DNA of 63,839 nt, the filler included, from Hyphochytrium catenoides (taxonomy: Eukaryota > Protista > Hyphochytriomycota), in the NCBI GenBank assembly GCA_900088475.1. It is 5 parts of 5 records of this genome, joined end to end, with 100 filler letters (N's around TTAATTAATTAA, not from the genome) between each part and the next. Parts side by side here need not be neighbours in the genome. Positions count along the whole stretch, not along the records: positions 60,258 to 63,839 come from FLMG01004433.1; 4 more parts are not named here. One strand, 5' to 3'. Both the position numbers and the translations under genes were made by a program. Every line of letters begins with the position of its first letter. The stretch's first letter is position 1. The notes below the pieces were generated by a model that worked only from the letters and a program-made list of their open reading frames with translations, had not been told where the DNA came from and did not search any database. This document shows, one piece after another, positions 60,258-63,839 of the stretch.

Positions 60258-61633
60258 AATAGTTGGCATAGTCAGAATAGCTCTAGATTATGGGACCCCC
60301 GTTGGGCTTGTAGGTAGAGCACTCTCAGGTAATGACATTGTCCAATCATCCCATATAATCCAACTACTCTGAGTTGAAGGCGCACAAGCATCTAACCTTT
60401 GGTGCAGCATGACTGAGCCAGGGCGACGAATCAGAGTCAGGGCATAGGGGTTTTCGCCCAGGAAAGTGGGGCTATCGCTGCCAAAACCAAGCTCGGGCCA
60501 TGGCCCCTGCTCACATAGCTTATTTCGAGGGTATAGGGGCCGTTTCCACTCTGAGTCAAAAGCGCCAAAATCTAACTATTAATGCAGCGTGAGTGAGCCC
60601 GGGCGACAGAGTGCACTTGATGTAGTGCTTCTGATGCAGAAAAGCGAGACTCTATTTGTAAGGACAAGCCTCCTCCTTAGGCAGACAAGTAATATACTAG
60701 ACTCTCCTCCTAATGATACTAATGCTCATTCATAGTTTTCCTAGCCCGTCACTCTCGTTATCCTTACAATATTTCGTTGGCTAACAAGCTGGGCTAGGGT
60801 CCATTGTTAACATAATAGTTTATTTATCTGCTGATACGGTGATGATGGAAGAGCGAGAGAGTTCAAGTAGCAGCACGGAAAAACAAAGATCAGGCCCCTT
60901 ACGACCTACGATAAGGCATGCAAGGCTCCTTGATGGCAGTGTCCATGTATGTACGGAGTCCTTCACAAAGTAAGATGATAAGAAGGGTAAACTGATTGAG
61001 CAATGTAAAGATCGGGTTCCATGGAGGTTGAGAACAACAAGATGAGTTACTAAGGCACACTACTTGGACGAGAGAGACGTCTCTCGACAATTCGTAGACT
61101 CTGCGCCCCGTTTCGAAAGTGCAGGGATGACCAGCAAGTCAATGAAAGCAGGAAGTAGTAGGGCTAGTAGGAAGAGCTGCAAGATACAAAAGCATCTCTA
61201 AGGTAGCGAAGGAACAGCAGATGGCAAGGCAGAAATCCCCGCTGCCTGAGAGGACGATCGGAGTTATAGAGAGCAGTTCCATGCGGCTCGGCAGCAGGGC
61301 GCCCCTTACAACTGGAGGAGGTTTGACACCGCGCTCTCACTTCGCTGCTTTGGGAAATGCAGTGGCATCAACACCGCCCCAGCATAGTTGTGACCTAGGC
61401 CATCCAGTACAGCTTCCAGGAGAGCAGCTAAAAAGCATAACCAAAGTGAGCTTTATGCAAGTGCTATCAGCGGTGGTACAGCCTCCTCCTTTGAATTTCA
61501 GATAGAGGCAGGGGTAAGCCTTACCACAATTCTTCGCCAAGGTGTCGAAGATCANNNNNNNNNNNNNNNNNNNNNNNNNNNNNNNNCCCAGAAGTAGCTA
61601 ATACTGTAGGCATGAGCATGACAGAGAAGATGA

Positions 61634-62305
61634 GCTTCGCAATCAAGCAAGCAGCAAGCAAGAGTGAGCTGAACAATCCATCAGTCAGTAGCTAAGCAAG
61701 CAAGCAAGCAAGAGTGACCTGAACAATCCATCAGTCAGTAGCTAAGCAAGCAAGCAAGGAAGAGTGACCTGAACAATCCATCAGTCAGTAGCTAAGCAAG
61801 CAAGCAAGAGTGAGCTGAACACTTCCATCAGTCAGTAGCTTCGCAAGTAAGCAAGCAAGCAAGCAAGCAAGAGTGAGCTGAACAATCCATCAGTCAGTAG
61901 CTAAGCAAGCAAGCAAGCGAGCAAGCAAGAGTGAGCTGAACAGTCCATCAGTCAGTAGCTTCGCAAGCAAGCAAGCAAGCAAGAGTGAGCTGAACAATTC
62001 CATCAGTCAGTGGCTTCGCAAGCAAGGAAGAAAGCAAGCAAGCAAACAAGAGTGAGCTGAACACTCCATAAGTCAGTAGCTTCGCAATCAAGCAAGCAAG
62101 CAAGCAAGAGTGAGCTGAGCACTCCATCAGTCAGTAGCTTCGCAAGCAAGCAAGCAAGCAAGAGTGAGCTGAACCATTCCATCAGTCAGTGCTTCGCAAG
62201 CAAGTGTGCTCAACAGTCCATCAACAGCTCCATCAACAGCTTGTAGTCAGTGCTTCGCAAGCAAGTGTGCTCAACAGTCCATCAACAGCTCCATCAACAG
62301 CTTGT
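61634..62305. repeat. Compound tandem repeat: ~10 units of AGAGTGAGCTGAACAATCCATCAGTCAGTAGCT plus variable (GCAA)n, then two 60-bp derived units
   Basis: Unit starts near 61661, 61711, 61761, 61807, 61870, 61928, 61982, 62048, 62107 and 62161; 60-bp duplication at ~62186-62305. Confidence 0.93.
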
Positions 62306-62628
62306 CGAAATCAGAATCAGAAAAGGCCGCTGTGGTCAGTCCTGGGGGTTATTGTAACGAGAGAGCGCTAACGCCTACACCTACCCTTACAGGTCACTAA
62401 CATGCTAGAACAACTAACACCGAACGACAGCATCCATGGGCTACGACGAACTATCCGTGCGCACGTTGACATTACACCTACTACATTTCGTGCAACTGCT
62501 CAAATAACGAGAACAAAGGAAAACATACGAAGTCAATTAGAGTTGTATTCGGGCACATGAAGGAACAGCAAGGAACAGCTACAGCTTTTTGGAGGGTTTG
62601 GGGCCTTGTCAGATAAAACACGGGTGTT

Positions 62629-63560
62629 CTAAGACATTTTACGGTGGTTTTCAGACAAATCAAGACAAAAACGATCCCACAGTGTACACAAGGAGTAATC
62701 TTGGGTGGCCTTCAGGTAGGTGAAGATACGTTTGACAGCTTCCGAGTGAACGTGGCGGAAGGTAGTGACGTGTTGGCTCACAGCTTGTACCGCATAAGTG
62801 ATATCAGGCCGCGTGCACACCATGACGTACATTAAGGAACCCACTGCTTGACGGTAAGGGGTGCGAGCCAACCCGTCAGCGCCATCATCAGAAAGAGGAA
62901 TGGTGGAAGGTTTGGGCAAGTACGTCTTAGGCACCGCTGGGATAGGAGTGGGGTAGGCATCAAGCAGTTTGAAGCGCTCCAAGATCTCGGTAATATACTT
63001 CGACTGTCGAAGGTATATCTTCCTAGCAGCTCGATCCCGCTTTACTTGGATGCCCAAGTATTATTCTAACTCCCCCAGATCGGTGATGGAGAAACGAGCA
63101 GACAGCATAGTCTTGAGACCTGCAATTTGCTCGGTGGTGGGCCCCAAAGTCACAAACGCTGCGCTGGAACCCTTGCTCAATCAAATAATGGTGCAGCGTG
63201 TCATTCCACATCTGGGGCTCTGGCGGAGACCATATATCGACTTCTTCAACCTCCAGACGTGATCTTCTTGTCCAAGGGTTGCAAATCCCGGTGGTTGACG
63301 CATGTACACCTGCTCGTCGAGATTACCGTTCAGGAAGGCGGTCTTGATATCGACGTGGTGCACTTCTAGGTCCAGCGTTGCGGCGAGCGAGAGAAGGGAG
63401 CGGACAGTGTCATGCCCTATCACTGGAGGAAAGACCTCGCTAAAGTCAATACCTTGCTTCTGTCGATTGCCAAGAGCGACTAGACGGGCCCTGTACTTGT
63501 CCACTGAGCCATCGCTATGCAACTTGACCCTAAAGATCCATTGAGAGCCGATAAGATGAG
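62629..63560 (-). mobile_element. Defective Ty1/copia reverse transcriptase
   Basis: WIFRVKLHSDGSVDKYRARLVALG.RQKQGIDF.EVF.PV, HHVDIKTAFLNGNLDEQVYMRQPPGF, LKKSIYGLRQSPR, YLGIQV.RD, YRQAVGSLMYVMVCTRPDITYAV; contains frameshifts and an in-frame stop. Confidence 0.95.
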
Positions 63561-63839
63561 CGCCGGGAGCCTCGCGGACTGTTTTCGGTTCAGAGACATG
63601 CAGAAGATTAGCCTGGCCTACTGGAAAAGAGAGAGAGTCTTCTTGTAGCAGTCTATCACGACCACGAGTGACAGGACCGAGTGGAGAAGTGATTGTGGTC
63701 GGAGATGAGGGAGAAGAAGCTGCGGGATCTTCGTTTTCGTCAAGCTCCCTCGTCTCCGTCCCATCAGCAACGTTGCTCTCTGGCTCCGGTCCCAGACAGT
63801 CATTGGTGGGTTCCTCTGGACTTGCTTCGTCAGCAGAAG

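Noticed and set aside
60258-61553. Minus-strand exon-like fragments
   Set aside because: Could not be spliced into a coherent frame or matched to any family.
61634-62305. CRISPR-like appearance of the repeat array
   Set aside because: The intervening sequences are (GCAA)n rather than unique spacers, there are no cas genes, and the context is eukaryotic.

Overview
Intron-containing eukaryotic nuclear DNA from a flagellated protist (stramenopile-like by my impression of gene architecture; TMEM107 implies cilia). The window is five separate contigs joined by artificial 100-bp linkers (44N-TTAATTAATTAA-44N) at 27329, 52253, 55927 and 60158, so synteny across these points is meaningless. Contig 1 (1-27328, mostly short introns): rearranged Ty1/copia relic, sphingosine kinase, an uncharacterised protein with a stand-alone dynein microtubule-binding-domain-like region, TMEM107, a VPS9 GEF, a multi-IQ protein, a PDZ/PH-like protein and SEH1. 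Contig 2 (27429-52252, (CT)n-rich introns): a secretory-pathway aldo-keto reductase-like probable pseudoenzyme ending KQEL, a large hypothetical gene, CWC2 with extra RanBP2-ZnF and WW domains, a small Fra a 1-associated-like gene and a TML/TCUP (TSET complex) homologue. The short contigs hold an NPF/WxxF endocytic-protein tail, the 5' part of pyruvate dehydrogenase E2, a possible Harbinger relic, a compound tandem repeat and a dead copia RT. The strongest leads are the motor-less dynein-MTBD protein divergent from TMEM107, the TSET subunit, and the ER-retained AKR pseudoenzyme. All homology calls are by-eye motif recognition from memory; exon boundaries are manual and approximate.
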